Origin: an uncultured Planctomycetota bacterium
Lineage (GTDB): Bacteria > Planctomycetota > Planctomycetia > Isosphaerales > Isosphaeraceae
Direction of reading: 5' to 3'
NCBI GenBank assembly: GCA_963823665.1
Contig: CAWGMQ010000008.1
Coordinates: 544,001 to 608,000, forward strand
DNA: 64,000 nt
Made by a program: the position numbers and the translations under genes. The notes beneath the pieces were generated by a model. That model was not told where the DNA came from. It saw only the letters and a program-made list of their open reading frames with translations, and made no database searches. Position 1 is the first letter of the stretch. Every line of letters starts with the position of its first letter. Below are positions 1 to 37,868 of the stretch, in pieces.

Positions 1-3000
1 TCCACGATCAGCGGTTTCCAGCACGCGATCCTGGCGGCCGGCCCGGGCGACTTCACGCTCGATGCCTCGGGCTTCTCGGGCAGCGCCATTCTTCAAGGGG
101 GAACGGGCGACGATACCTTGATCGGCGCAGGGCCCGGACACGCTGGTCGGCGGCGCGGGCACCGACTCGTTGGTCGGCGGCGGCCGCGCCGATACCTTCG
201 CCTTCAACGACAACTCGAGCGGGAGCCAGACGATCTTCGAGCCGGTCGGGTTGCCGGGCGAAGCCCCCGCCGGGCTCGATTTCTCTCAGGCACCGGCCGG
301 GATCTCGATCAATCTCGGCCAATCCGGGCCTCAGGCCGTGATGCCGGCCACGCTTTCCGACGGCGCGCTGGCCCTGACCCTGGCCGACCCACTCGCGATC
401 GATACCGTGCTGGGCAGCTCCTACAACGATACGATTATCGGCAACACGAACGACAACACGTTGATCGGTGGCGGCGGCGACGACCTGCTTGTCGGTCTGG
501 GCGGCAATAACCTCATCGAAGGGAGCGTCACCCGCACGGTCTATCTCGACTTCAACACTTACGAGCTCCCTGGTCAGCACTTCTACACCCAGGCCGAGCG
601 CAACGCGATCCAGGCGCAGATCACAGCCGACTATTCCGACTTCTCGTACATCTTCACCCAGACACAGCCGCAGTCGGGGCCGTACACACCGATCTATTTC
701 AACGACCCGACTCTGGTCGGCCTCGAGGGAGGAATCTCGACCGGGATCGACTGGCGGGATCTGGACATCTCCGGCACCACGACACTCACCGCCGCCGGTC
801 TGGACGTCGTCCCGCCTGATTCCGCAGGGGTCAACGTCAATGACTTCCTGGGCGGTCCAGGCCAGCCCGCCGCCTCGAGCGCCGACTTCATCGGGTTGTC
901 GGCCACGATCGCCGCGCACGAGCTGGGGCATCTCTCCGGCCTGGAGCACGCCGACGCGTATGGGCCGATCGGCTCGGGGATCTACTCGGGGGTCAACCCG
1001 GACCTCTACAATCCCGCCTACCCAGGACCGACCGATGCCACCCAGACGATCCTGGACATCATGGCCTCCGGCGCCTCGGTGAACGCGACACTCGAGGATG
1101 CGATCAACGATCCGTTCTTCGGTGAACGAGAGTCGATCGCACTGTCCTTCGGCGAGAATGGCTCACCGACCAACGAAGAGACAACTGCACATGATTCTAT
1201 GAACAACGCCCAGCCGATCACGCTTGCGCCGCTGGTCGTGCCCGACACCGATCTCGAAGGCACGAACGCCGACAAGGTCTTCGACGTCACCGCCGCGGAC
1301 GTGGTCGGATATCTTGGGGAGACAAACGGAGCGTCGAACACCGACTTTTATTCGTTCACGGCGCAAGCGGGCACGCTGATCAACTTCGAGCTGATGTCGG
1401 TCGCCCTCACACGGTCGGTCGCGCCGGAGGGCACTGCGGCGACCGACTACAACCAAGGCCCATTCAACACATACCTGGTCATCTACAACTCGAGCGGCCA
1501 GGTGATCGAATACAACGATGACTCGTTCCAGGACACCGATTCTTCGATCATCGATCTGACGCTGCCGTACACCGGCACCTATTATGCGATGGTGACCTCT
1601 TCGCCCAATTCGGTGTCACTGAAGCAGCCCTTGACCGGCGACTACGAGCTTTTCATGTACACCTTCGCCGCCGGAACCTCGGCGGCAAATTCGCCCACGA
1701 CGCCCGGTCTCGGCGACACGATCTACGCCGGCCCGGGCGACGACACAATCGTTGCCGGCTCGGCCGACGACACGATCGAGGCCCAGCCCCAGGATACGCT
1801 CGTGTACGGGTCGGGTGCGGTGAACCTGCTGCCGGCTATCTCCGGGCTGGGCGTCTCGGCCGGTTTGGGCCAGACGGTCGACGAAGGGACCAGCGTCAAC
1901 CTGACCGGGTCGTTCGTCGCGCCTTCGGGCGACCCCACTTACACGGACTGGCACGTGGTCGCATCCTCCGGAGAGCAGATCGCCGACGGGACCGGATCGA
2001 CCTTCATGTTCACGCCGGGCAACGCCGGAACTTACACGGTGATTTACACGGTCATCGACCCGAACGTCGGCTGGGATTCGGGCGAGGTGGTGATCACTTC
2101 GGACGACGTGCCGCCGGTGCTGACAGCCCCGAGCGAGTCGCAGAGCGCCTACGCGGGCGTGAGCACTTCGGTCGATCTTGGAACGCTTGCCGTGAAGGGC
2201 ATTGGCCCGTTCTCGGACGTTGTCCAGTGGGGCGACGGCCAGACGTCGACCATTTCACCGTCAGGCTCCGGACCCGTCTCTCCGACTCACGCGTATTCGA
2301 AGGCGGGGATGTACACGATCAGCGAGACGGTCTACGAGTACGACGGTGGCTCGACGATCGCCAGCGTGATGATCAACGTGACGATTGCCGGCACGTCGAC
2401 GATGCTCACGTCCTCGGCTGCCTCCAGTGTTTACGGCCGATTGGTCACGTTCACGGCCACGGTGACCGGCCCGGGGGCCCCCACGGGGACCGTGGTGTTC
2501 TACAACGGGGTGGTCACACCGGCCGATCAAATCGGCACGGGCACATTGAGTATGGAAAACGGCATCGACACGGCTGCATTCAGCACGTCGATGCTGCAGG
2601 CGAGCGGCAGTCCGTATACGATCACGGCGGTCTACAGCGGCGATCCCGACAACGTGGGCAGCACCTCGAACTCCCTCAACGAGACAATCACCAAGGCCAG
2701 CGCGGCGATCATGATCACTCCATACAGAATCACTTACGACGGCAACCCGCACACCGCGGGCGGAACGGCCACGGGGGTGGAGTCGCCAACCCCGGCGAAC
2801 TTGAGCGGTCTGCTGAACCTGAGCGGTACCACGCATACCATTGCCGGCAGCTATACCGACACCTGGACGTTCGCGGGCAATGCGAACTACCTGAGTGCCA
2901 GCGGAAATGTCACCGATGTGATCACCCAGCCCTTGACCATCGCCTCGATCGGGACCGTCTTGCCCAATCCGCGGAATACGGCCGTTTCCAGCATCAACGT

Positions 3001-4495
3001 CACCTTCAGCGTGCCGATCAATACGGGCAGCCTGACTGCGGGCGCGCTATCGCTCTCCGACAATAACGGGCCCAACCTGATCACGGGCGCCGTCACATTA
3101 AGCCTGGTTTCGGGCTCAACTTACCAGATCAACGGGCTGAGCAGTCTCACGCTAAGCAACGGCGATTACACCTTGGGTGTGAACGCCGCCGGCATCGAGG
3201 ACCAGAATGGCAGCCCGGGCTCGGGGAGCGCCTCGACGTCGTGGCTGATGGACACAACGCCCCCCACAAGCAAGGTCAGCCCGCTGCCGCAGCGCGGGAC
3301 GAGCCTCACATTCGCGGTCTCGGTCAGCGGCACCGACGGCGGCTCGCCGCCTTCGGGTTTGGGGTCGTTCGACATCTACTCGAGCACAAATGGTGGTACG
3401 TGGACGTTATGGACCACGGTCCCGGCCTCGAACCCAACGGCGAACTTCACGGGTCAGAGCAACACGACCTATGCGTTCTACAGCATCGCCCACGACCTCG
3501 CGGGCAACACCGAGGTGAAGACACCCAAGATCGAAGCGAGCACTTACCTGCCGAACCTGACTCCACCTGTGACGTCGGTTGATGGAACCACCGGGGTCAA
3601 CCCGAGCACGGTGAATTCATCAACCGGCACGTTCACGCTGAACGTGACAGGGAGTGATGCCGGTGGTGGCGTCGTGACATACATCGACGTGTTTGTGTCT
3701 GTCGATTCCGGCGCCTATGCGCTCGCCGCAGCGTCGATACCGGCCGGACCGGCAGACAGCACGGGGATTGTTCATGCGACTATTCCTTACCAGGGCCTCA
3801 CCGACGGTGCGCAGCACACCTATGCGTTCTATAGCATCGGGGTCGACAGTGCGGGCAACACACAGGCGGCACCGGCGAACCCCAATCTGATGCTCACGGA
3901 AAAATTCGCGAATGCGACGCCGTTGCAGCTCGAGACGACGAGCTTGGTCGTTGAAGACGGCGCGATTGAACGTTCGTACATCCGCTACCTGCAAGTCGGT
4001 TTCAACGAGTCGGACAATCAGTCCGGCGGCGAGCTCACCCAGATCGTGAATTCCGTCAAGACCGCATCGCCTGAGATCCAGCTTTTCCAGTATGACTTGA
4101 ACGACGACGCGTCGAGCAAGACGGCCGTATCGCTCTCGAGCGTGAATGTCGAGGTGATCGACCATGCGATCGAGCTTGACTTCGGTGCGAACGGATTGGG
4201 CGGGAGCCCCAACACGACGACCGCCGACGGTTATTACGAGCTGGATATCAAGCTGCCGAATGGAGCGGTGGGCGTTCATCACTTCTACCGGTTGCTGGGT
4301 GACGTGACCGGCGACGGCTTGGTGGACAGCAACGACCTGAATGAAATCGCGGCCGAAATCAATCTATCGAATGCGGCGGGGCTCGCGCCCCTGGGGGCGG
4401 ACGTCAACGGCGACGGCACCGTGTCCGCGCTCGACTTGACGCTGGCAACCCGGGCGAAGGGGCACAAGCTGAAGTCGGGGCTTTCGTTAGGATGA
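1..4495 (+). CDS. Large secreted multidomain protein, 5'-truncated by the window: RTX-like Ca-binding repeats, metzincin-type zinc protease, PPC-like domain, PKD/Ig-like domains, C-terminal dockerin-like domain
   Basis: ORF 170..4495 continues upstream in frame 1 (GGTGDDTLIG) across a frameshift near 127-136. GGxGxDxL repeats; HELGHLSGLEH (917-949) followed by a Met-turn-like DIMASG; WGDG PKD motif; terminal GDVTGDGLVDSND...ADVNGDGTVSALD. Confidence 0.85.
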
Positions 4496-4690
4496 TCGAT
4501 AACTGGCACCCGCCAAGGTGATTCTGGGCAGGCGGTTGCGATGTAGCTGGCCGTTCCGCGTGCGAAGCATCAGGCCATCAGAGCGGCCAGGGTCTTGGCC
4601 GAGTGGATGACCATCGACTTACGTACAGTGCAACCGCCTCAATGGCCGTTCCAAGGGGCAGAATAACCCTGTTGCTACTGCTATACTCTC

Positions 4691-4744
4691 GGAAAATTCG
4701 ATTTTTTTGTCCCGAACCCGTGGCCTTGCGCCAGCCAGGAAGTA
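4691..4744 (+). promoter_or_regulatory. Putative ECF-dependent (autoregulatory) promoter of the ECF-kinase operon
   Basis: GGAAAAT..TTTGTCCCG-N12-TGCGCCAGCCAGGAAGTA directly upstream of the ECF ATG; the same motif with the same spacing occurs at 10623-10677. Confidence 0.65.
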
Positions 4745-4756
4745 GGGGGCAAGATC

Positions 4757-5395
4757 ATGCGCGACCCGTCCAGTGAATCTGTCGGTTTGTTGGAGCGGCT
4801 AAAAGCCGGGGACCGCCGTGCGCTCGCCGAGCTGTTCCAGAGGCATCGCGACCGGCTGCGCAGGATCGTCGAGCTGCGCATGGATGCCAGGCTCCACGGT
4901 CGAATCGACGCCTCCGACGTGCTCCAGGACGGATTCCTCGACATGACGAAGCAGTTGGAGGGCTATCTGAGCGCTCCCAGGCTGCCCGTGTTTCTCTGGT
5001 TGCGGCGGATTGTCAGCGATCGTCTGGCGATGTACCACCGCCGCCACCTGGGGACGGGGATGCGGGACGCCGGCCGGGAGGTTTCGCTGTATCGCGATCC
5101 CTTGCCCCAGCCCAGCTCGGCGGCCCTGGCCTCGATGCTCATGGGTCGGCTGACGTCGCCGTCGAATGCGGCGATTCGCGCCGAGCAGCTCCTGCAGGTT
5201 CAGGAAGCGATCAACTCGCTCGATCCCATCGATCGGGAAGTGGTGGCGCTTCGCCATTTCGAGGACCTTACGCGAGCTGAGACTGCGGTCGTGCTCGGAA
5301 TCACCGAGGAAGCCGGGGCCAAGCGTTACATCCGAGCAATCAAGAAGCTCAAGACAATCATGGCTGCGATGTCAAGCGGCTTCGAAGGAATCTGA
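4757..5395 (+). CDS. ECF RNA polymerase sigma-70 factor (planctomycete kinase-associated type)
   Basis: Region 2 motif RIDASDVLQDGFL and FLWLRRI; TSPS linker; region 4 LDPIDREVVALRHFEDLTRAETAVVLGI; abuts the kinase gene. Confidence 0.93.
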   Translation: MRDPSSESVGLLERLKAGDRRALAELFQRHRDRLRRIVELRMDARLHGRIDASDVLQDGFLDMTKQLEGYLSAPRLPVFLWLRRIVSDRLAMYHRRHLGTGMRDAGREVSLYRDPLPQPSSAALASMLMGRLTSPSNAAIRAEQLLQVQEAINSLDPIDREVVALRHFEDLTRAETAVVLGITEEAGAKRYIRAIKKLKTIMAAMSSGFEGI

Positions 5396-8300
5396 ATGAT
5401 GTCGGTGCCGCATTCGGAACAGTATGACCTGCTCGATCGTCTGGCAGAAGAATTCGCGGCCCGCTTCCGGCGAGGGGAGCGCCCTGCGCTCAAAGAATAC
5501 ACCGACCGCTACCCGGAGCTCGCCGACGAGATCCGCGAGCTCTTCCCGGCGCTCGTGAAAGTCGAACGGGCCAAAGGTCTGCGGCAGGGCGACCTAGAGA
5601 AAGGGGATTCACAGGCCGCAGGTCCACCCCTCTGCCAGGTCGGCGACTACCGGATCCTTCGCGAGATCGGCCACGGCGGTATGGGTGTCGTGTACGAGGC
5701 CGAACAGATTTCACTCGGCAGACGGGTCGCACTCAAAATGCTGCCCCGCAGTGTCGCCGGAGATCACAGGATGTTCGAGCGGTTCCGCCGCGAAGCCCGC
5801 GCCGCGGCGAGGCTGCATCACACCAATATCGTGCCCGTCTTCGAAGTCGGCCGCGAGGGGGATGACTGCTATTACGCGATGCAGTTCATTCAGGGCCAGG
5901 CGCTCGACCTGGTCTACGACGAGATCCGCAGACTGCGTGGCCAGCCCAGGGACCCGGCCGTATCGCGGTCCAGGCTCGCCAGGATATCGCTCGAAGGGTT
6001 GTCGGTCGCCGGCGAAAACCCATCCGAACATGGCGCCACACTCGCCGGAGGATCCGGGTTCGGCCACGTCGTCCACTCACTCTTGACCGGACGGTTCGAC
6101 GCCGGCTCCGGACTTGCGCCGGCGGCCGCAGATATGCCGCCAGACGTACCGTCGACCAGGGGCGATTCACGCGCTTCGGGGCCGGCCGCCGCGCCGGTCG
6201 CCGGCGAGATCGCCGTGGCGCCGGCGACCGACGGACGCGCGGCGGGACCGCCGTCGCCCGCACTGATTCCGGATGTACCCCTTTCGGAGTCGCCATACAC
6301 TTCGGCCGTGCTGCCGGGCGGGACGCAAATCTCGTCGGTCGAATCGGGCGGATCCAAGTACGCCCGCAGCGTAGCCCGGATCGGGTTCCAGGCGGCCCTC
6401 GGGCTGGCTTACGCCCACGCCAGGGGCGTGGTGCACCGCGACATCAAGCCGTCAAACCTCCTGCTCGACACCGATGGCGTGGTCTGGATCACCGACTTTG
6501 GGCTGGCCAAGTCCGACGACGACCGCCTGACACAGACCGGCGACATCGTGGGCACGGTCCGCTACATGGCCCCCGAGCGGTTCCGCGGGGAAGCCGACGT
6601 CCGGTCCGACATCTATGCCCTCGGCCTGACCCTTTACGAGTTGTTGACCCTGGAGCCTGCCTTCAACACCCGCGACCGGCTCCGGCTGATCGAGCAGGTC
6701 AAAGGCGAAGACCCGATCGCGCCGCGCGTGCACGACCGCCGCGTCCCGCGCGACCTGGAGACGATCATCTTGAAGGCAATCGACAAGGACCCGAAGCGGC
6801 GTTACCCGACGGCCGATGCCATGGCCGAAGACCTGCGCCGGTTCCTCCACGACGAGCCGATCCTGGCGCGCCGCCAAACGCATTTCGAGCGCTACGTGCG
6901 CTGGGCGCGGCGCCACCCGGGAATCGCGATCATGGGAGCCGCTCTCACGGCCGTGCTCGTGCTGGCCACGGCGTGGTCCATGGTCGCCGCCGCTCGCGAG
7001 CATGGCGCGAAGCTCATGGCCCAGGCAGCCCTCAAGAAGGCAGAGTCCGACCATCTTGAGGCCGAAGCGCAGCGGGATCGTGCCGAGTGGAACCTCTACG
7101 CCGCCCGGATCGGCCAGGCCGAGAGCTCGCTCCGACTGTTCGATCCGCACACGGCTCGCGCGCTGCTGGACCAGTGCATCCCCAAGTCGGGGGGACCGGA
7201 CCGCCGCGGCTGGGAATGGTCCTATCTCGATCGGTGGTGCAGCCCCGAGCTGCGCACCCTGAAAGTGCCCACAATCACCGAGACGAACGTCGTCGCCGTC
7301 AGCCCTGACGGCCGTTTACTTGTAGTCGGCTGCGCGGCCATTTATGCCCGCCAGGCGGCTCAGGAGCCGGCCGTTCCGACCTGCGTGATCAACCTCAAGA
7401 ACGGCAACGTCCAATACAGACTGGCCGGGCACGGGACCTATGTTTCGGCGGTTGCGTTTCGACCTGACGGAAAACGCTTTGCGGTCTCGGGGAATAAGGG
7501 CGCGATCAAAGTCTGGGAAAGCGACACAGGGCGGGATCTGCTGAATCTCGGCAGTTTTGGAGCGGCGGGGAATTGCCTCGCCTGGAGCCCGGACGGTCGC
7601 CGGCTGGCCAGCGCGCATCCCGACGGATTCGTCCGGATCTGGGACCCGGAGACCGGCCGCGAGACGGCCCGGATCTCCCATTCGGCCGCGCACCTGGCCT
7701 GGAGCCCCGACGGAACGCGGATCGCAGCCGCGGGTAAAGGCGATCAAGTCCGCATCTGGGCGGCCGCGGATGCGAAGCCGAGCGGCCCGGTCCAGAGTCT
7801 GGAAGGGGCCAACGGCATCGCTTGGGCGCCGGACGGCCGGCGGCTGGCCGGTGTCTCCGCGGATGGGTCGCTCGTGGTCTGGGATACAGCCAGCGGTGAG
7901 ACGGTCTTCGCGGTCAAGCAAATCAGCCAGCTCTCGTCGGTGGCGTTCAGCCCGGACGGAAATCGTGTGGCGACGGGCGGCACGGAAGGCATCGTCCGCC
8001 TGCATGACGCCAGGTCCGGCCATGAGCACGCCGCGGTCTTGATGAGCTGCGAAAACGTTTCCAGCCTCGCCTTTGCCCCCGACGGCGGCCGGCTCTTCGC
8101 TGCCGGCTGGGGGATGGGCGTAGTCAAAGTCTTCGATACAACGCGCGACCCCCGCGGCCGCGGCGTCACTCCCTGGCTCGATCAGTCCGCGGCCCTGACA
8201 TTCGTGGGGGAGGGCGAGCGGCTCCGTGGGATCGGTTGGCAGGGTCGTCAACTGGCTACCCTCAACTTCTCCGCGGGCGGCATGCAATATCAAGGGAGTT

Positions 8301-10450
8301 TTCCCGTGGTCGACAACCCCTTATGGCCACGCGGTGACTTCTCGTTCAATGCCGATGGCAGGCTGCTCGCAGCGCCCTTGCAACGAGATCCGACTTCCGT
8401 CGGCGTCTGGGACGTGGAGCTCGGCCGGCTGACCGCCACGCTCCGCGGAAGCTCGGCAATGGTCACCGCCGTCGCCTTCAGCTCGGACGGTCTTCGACTG
8501 GCAACCGCGGCGCCAGACGAGCCGAAGCGGAAGTCGGCTGTGACCGTATGGGATCTGGGTAGAGCGCGGCCCCTTCTGACCTTCGATGTCAGTCAGAATG
8601 GAGTCGATTGTCTCGCGTTCTCGCGCGACGGCCGCAAGATCGCGGCTGGCGGCGGCCATTTCGACAAGAGCAATCAGGGTTGGGTCACCGTTTCGGATGC
8701 GGAGAACGGCGCCCTAGTTCGGGCGCTTGACCAATTGGGAGTGGTGACGTGCGTCGCCTTCCACCCCGACGGGACCTTGCTCGCGATCGCCGATTCCGGA
8801 AACACAAGCGTGCTTCTATGGGACTTCAGCGCGGATACCCTGGTCACCCGCCCGGCGCCGCGCGCCGTCGTTTGCGTGGCTTTCAGCCATGACGGCTCGC
8901 GACTGGCATCACTGGGCCACAGCGGCAGCGTTCACCTGGCCGACTCCCGGACCGGCGAACAGGTGATGGTGCTCCATTGCCTTGGCCCACCGCTTGGCAA
9001 CGGCGGCTGGACCCCTCGGCTGACATTCAGCGCCGATGGCTCGCGCATCGCCGCGCAGATGTCCAATTTTCTCAACCTATGGGACGCCGGGCCTTTGCTC
9101 AATTCGCAGGTCGAGCCCAACTCCGATGACGCTGCGGGCTGGTTACGCCGCAGCCGATCTTTCGCCACCGGAGGGCACGGCGCGCAGGCCCTTGCCGCGT
9201 TCGAACACGCCCGCGCGATTCCGACCGACTCGCCTGAGCCGTGGATCCGGCATGCCCTGGCCGAGGGCATCGAGCCCGATCAGGCCGAGCTAGCCTTCGT
9301 CCGGGCTTTTGCATCCAGGTGCGACGATCCGATGCGCTGGCTCGCTTGCGCGCGCGAGCTCGAGCGCTTCGACCGGAAACACGAGGCAGCGACTGCATCG
9401 AAAATCGCGCGTCAGTTTGCGGAAAAACGACTGGCCATCGCGGCCGACGACGAGCCGGCGGCCTGGGTGCTGGCTGACCTCTTGAAGGACGGGATGGCCG
9501 CGCTCGCCGATGGGAACTGGTCGATTCTTGTGCCCTCCCAAATGGCCTCCGCAGGCGGGGCCAAACAGACGCGACTTCCTGACGGCTCGATCCTGGCTAG
9601 CGGCGCGAATCCGGATCAAGACAGCTTGACGATCGTCGCGCGAACGGAGCTGGCCGGGATCACGGGCTTGAGGCTCGAGGTGCTTCCGGACCCGAGCCTG
9701 CACGCCACCGGCCCCGGACGCCAGTACAAATGGGGTGACTTGCACCTGAGCGGGTTGAGCGTGGCCGTCGCGCCCGGCGACGACCTCTCGAAGAGCCAGC
9801 CGATCGAGTTTTCGTGGAGCGTCGCGACCAATGTTCAGCCGCGAGCCCCGTTCGCCAATCCACCAGGTGCGTTTGCCCGCAACCGTGCAACGCGCTGGAA
9901 TTGGGATCTCCGTGAACAAATCGGATTGCGCAACGCGATAGCGTTCGCGACGGCCGGACCAGTCGACGCGCCGGCCGGCTCGACCTGGATCATCCGGCTC
10001 GACTGTCAGGACCCTCGGTGGAAACAAGCGACACTCGGCCGATTCCGGCTGTCGGTGACGAGCGCCCCGGTGACTCTCTTCGAGACCTCGTTGCACAAGG
10101 CCCTCACCGAGCCCGAGTGGAACGGCCACACGCGCCTGGGCGTGGCCTATTACCTTCAAGAGGACTGGCAGGCCGCAGAAAGAGCACTGCGAATCGCCAC
10201 GGATGCGCCTGAGGCCAACGGCACCGACCGGTTCCTGCTGGCGCTCTGCCTCCATCACCTCGACCGCCACGATGAAGCTCATCGCTATCTCGAGAGCGGC
10301 GTCGCCTGGCTAGAACAGAACAAAAACAGCGGCACCCTCCGCACGCTGGTGGTCGAGGCAATCGCCCTGATCGACGGATTGAGCCGAAGCCAGGCTGAGG
10401 CCCGGATGTTCCTCGATCCGATCTTCCCGGCCGAGGCGTTCGCGCGGTGA
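5396..10450 (+). CDS. Membrane Ser/Thr protein kinase with WD40 propellers, TPR-like repeats and a C-terminal beta-sandwich domain
   Basis: IGHGGMGVVY, VALK, HRDIKPSN, DFGLAK, GTVRYMAPE; hydrophobic helix IAIMGAALTAVLVLATAWSMV; many (F/W)SPDG..WD repeats. Confidence 0.95.
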   Translation: MMSVPHSEQYDLLDRLAEEFAARFRRGERPALKEYTDRYPELADEIRELFPALVKVERAKGLRQGDLEKGDSQAAGPPLCQVGDYRILREIGHGGMGVVYEAEQISLGRRVALKMLPRSVAGDHRMFERFRREARAAARLHHTNIVPVFEVGREGDDCYYAMQFIQGQALDLVYDEIRRLRGQPRDPAVSRSRLARISLEGLSVAGENPSEHGATLAGGSGFGHVVHSLLTGRFDAGSGLAPAAADMPPDVPSTRGDSRASGPAAAPVAGEIAVAPATDGRAAGPPSPALIPDVPLSESPYTSAVLPGGTQISSVESGGSKYARSVARIGFQAALGLAYAHARGVVHRDIKPSNLLLDTDGVVWITDFGLAKSDDDRLTQTGDIVGTVRYMAPERFRGEADVRSDIYALGLTLYELLTLEPAFNTRDRLRLIEQVKGEDPIAPRVHDRRVPRDLETIILKAIDKDPKRRYPTADAMAEDLRRFLHDEPILARRQTHFERYVRWARRHPGIAIMGAALTAVLVLATAWSMVAAAREHGAKLMAQAALKKAESDHLEAEAQRDRAEWNLYAARIGQAESSLRLFDPHTARALLDQCIPKSGGPDRRGWEWSYLDRWCSPELRTLKVPTITETNVVAVSPDGRLLVVGCAAIYARQAAQEPAVPTCVINLKNGNVQYRLAGHGTYVSAVAFRPDGKRFAVSGNKGAIKVWESDTGRDLLNLGSFGAAGNCLAWSPDGRRLASAHPDGFVRIWDPETGRETARISHSAAHLAWSPDGTRIAAAGKGDQVRIWAAADAKPSGPVQSLEGANGIAWAPDGRRLAGVSADGSLVVWDTASGETVFAVKQISQLSSVAFSPDGNRVATGGTEGIVRLHDARSGHEHAAVLMSCENVSSLAFAPDGGRLFAAGWGMGVVKVFDTTRDPRGRGVTPWLDQSAALTFVGEGERLRGIGWQGRQLATLNFSAGGMQYQGSFPVVDNPLWPRGDFSFNADGRLLAAPLQRDPTSVGVWDVELGRLTATLRGSSAMVTAVAFSSDGLRLATAAPDEPKRKSAVTVWDLGRARPLLTFDVSQNGVDCLAFSRDGRKIAAGGGHFDKSNQGWVTVSDAENGALVRALDQLGVVTCVAFHPDGTLLAIADSGNTSVLLWDFSADTLVTRPAPRAVVCVAFSHDGSRLASLGHSGSVHLADSRTGEQVMVLHCLGPPLGNGGWTPRLTFSADGSRIAAQMSNFLNLWDAGPLLNSQVEPNSDDAAGWLRRSRSFATGGHGAQALAAFEHARAIPTDSPEPWIRHALAEGIEPDQAELAFVRAFASRCDDPMRWLACARELERFDRKHEAATASKIARQFAEKRLAIAADDEPAAWVLADLLKDGMAALADGNWSILVPSQMASAGGAKQTRLPDGSILASGANPDQDSLTIVARTELAGITGLRLEVLPDPSLHATGPGRQYKWGDLHLSGLSVAVAPGDDLSKSQPIEFSWSVATNVQPRAPFANPPGAFARNRATRWNWDLREQIGLRNAIAFATAGPVDAPAGSTWIIRLDCQDPRWKQATLGRFRLSVTSAPVTLFETSLHKALTEPEWNGHTRLGVAYYLQEDWQAAERALRIATDAPEANGTDRFLLALCLHHLDRHDEAHRYLESGVAWLEQNKNSGTLRTLVVEAIALIDGLSRSQAEARMFLDPIFPAEAFAR

Positions 10451-10622
10451 ACAGAGCGAACAGACCGGCGCGATTACATCGCTGATGCATTCGCGCAGCC
10501 ATCAATGAATTCCATGGTCTCTGGCGCAATCCGATCAGCGATCACGTTTTCGGACGGACGCCTGGCCGGCATGACAAAGGCCGAATCGAGCGCGATCTGG
10601 CGAAGCTCGAAACATCATTTCT

Positions 10623-10677
10623 GGAAAATCTAACTCGGTTTGTCCCGCTCGCGCGTCGCTGCGTCAGCTAGGGGGTA
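10623..10677 (+). promoter_or_regulatory. Putative ECF-dependent promoter of the giant surface-protein gene
   Basis: GGAAAAT..TTTGTCCCG-N12-TGCGTCAGCTAGGGGGTA, matching 4691-4744. Confidence 0.65.
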
Positions 10678-10779
10678 TCGGCACCGTTCTCACAGACCCG
10701 CCGATCCGGCGATCGCCAGGTATCGAGCGCTCGCCGTCCCCACCAGACCCCGATTGACACCGACGTGAGGAGCCCACCG

Positions 10780-37202
<26,423 letters not shown>

Positions 37203-37229
37203 GTGATGGCGGGCGGCGGCTCGATTCGC

Positions 37230-37345
37230 TCACTCTCCGCCCACGAAGTCTTCGCGCTTTGCGTCCCAATGGATAACGCGCTCGGCCGCTGCATGGAGTT
37301 GAAGAGCATTCACCGCTCGAATCAACTCGACGCCGTTCGGATTGG
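37230..37345 (-). pseudogene. Internally deleted relic of a paralog of the 38305-39623 gene
   Basis: 37230-37298 matches 38305-38373 (61/69 by hand alignment); 37299-37345 matches 38902-38948 (42/47). Confidence 0.8.
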
Positions 37346-37421
37346 TTCCGAGGCACCATACTCAATTGGATTGGTGTCCCGGGAACCGCAGAAGCCCCGT
37401 GGTGGGCCATTGCGGCAGCGT

Positions 37422-37868
37422 TCAATAAACCAACACCACTTCCGCTTTTGGCCCGTCATATACGAATTGACAATATGCCAACATGTCCCGCCCGATCAGT
37501 GCAAGGATACCCGGGTCCGCTGGGACCACCGCTACCGCTTGTATCGCCACCCACTGGGTCGAAGTTCTTGACCCGTCATGTCCGGCGAACGCCAATCTAA
37601 CGTCGTGAAGGTCGACCGTACGGAACACTGCGTGGGAGCCCGGTCGTCGAAGGCGAATCGTCCCACTCGCGGGCGACTTGATTGATGAAAGAACGTGAGG
37701 GTGGATAGCGGTGCGGTCGGCGCCGGTGTCGATCAGGGCCCGCAGAGTCTGGAGCGCTGGTATCGCTCGGCTCCTCCGTTGCAGGCCAGCCACGGCTGTC
37801 GGTCCAATCCATATCGAGAGGTCAACTACCGGTCCGTCGAATCCGATTGCAATTCGTATTAACGGCAT
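37422..37868 (-). CDS. Retropepsin-like (clan AA) aspartyl protease
   Basis: ALIDTGAD catalytic motif and downstream LIGRDML; single-domain size, 148 aa. Confidence 0.85.
   Translation of the reverse strand: MPLIRIAIGFDGPVVDLSIWIGPTAVAGLQRRSRAIPALQTLRALIDTGADRTAIHPHVLSSIKSPASGTIRLRRPGSHAVFRTVDLHDVRLAFAGHDGSRTSTQWVAIQAVAVVPADPGILALIGRDMLAYCQFVYDGPKAEVVLVY

Noticed and set aside
4290..4495. Cellulosome component
   Set aside because: The dockerin-like motif is common in planctomycete secreted proteins; no cohesin or glycoside hydrolase is visible here.
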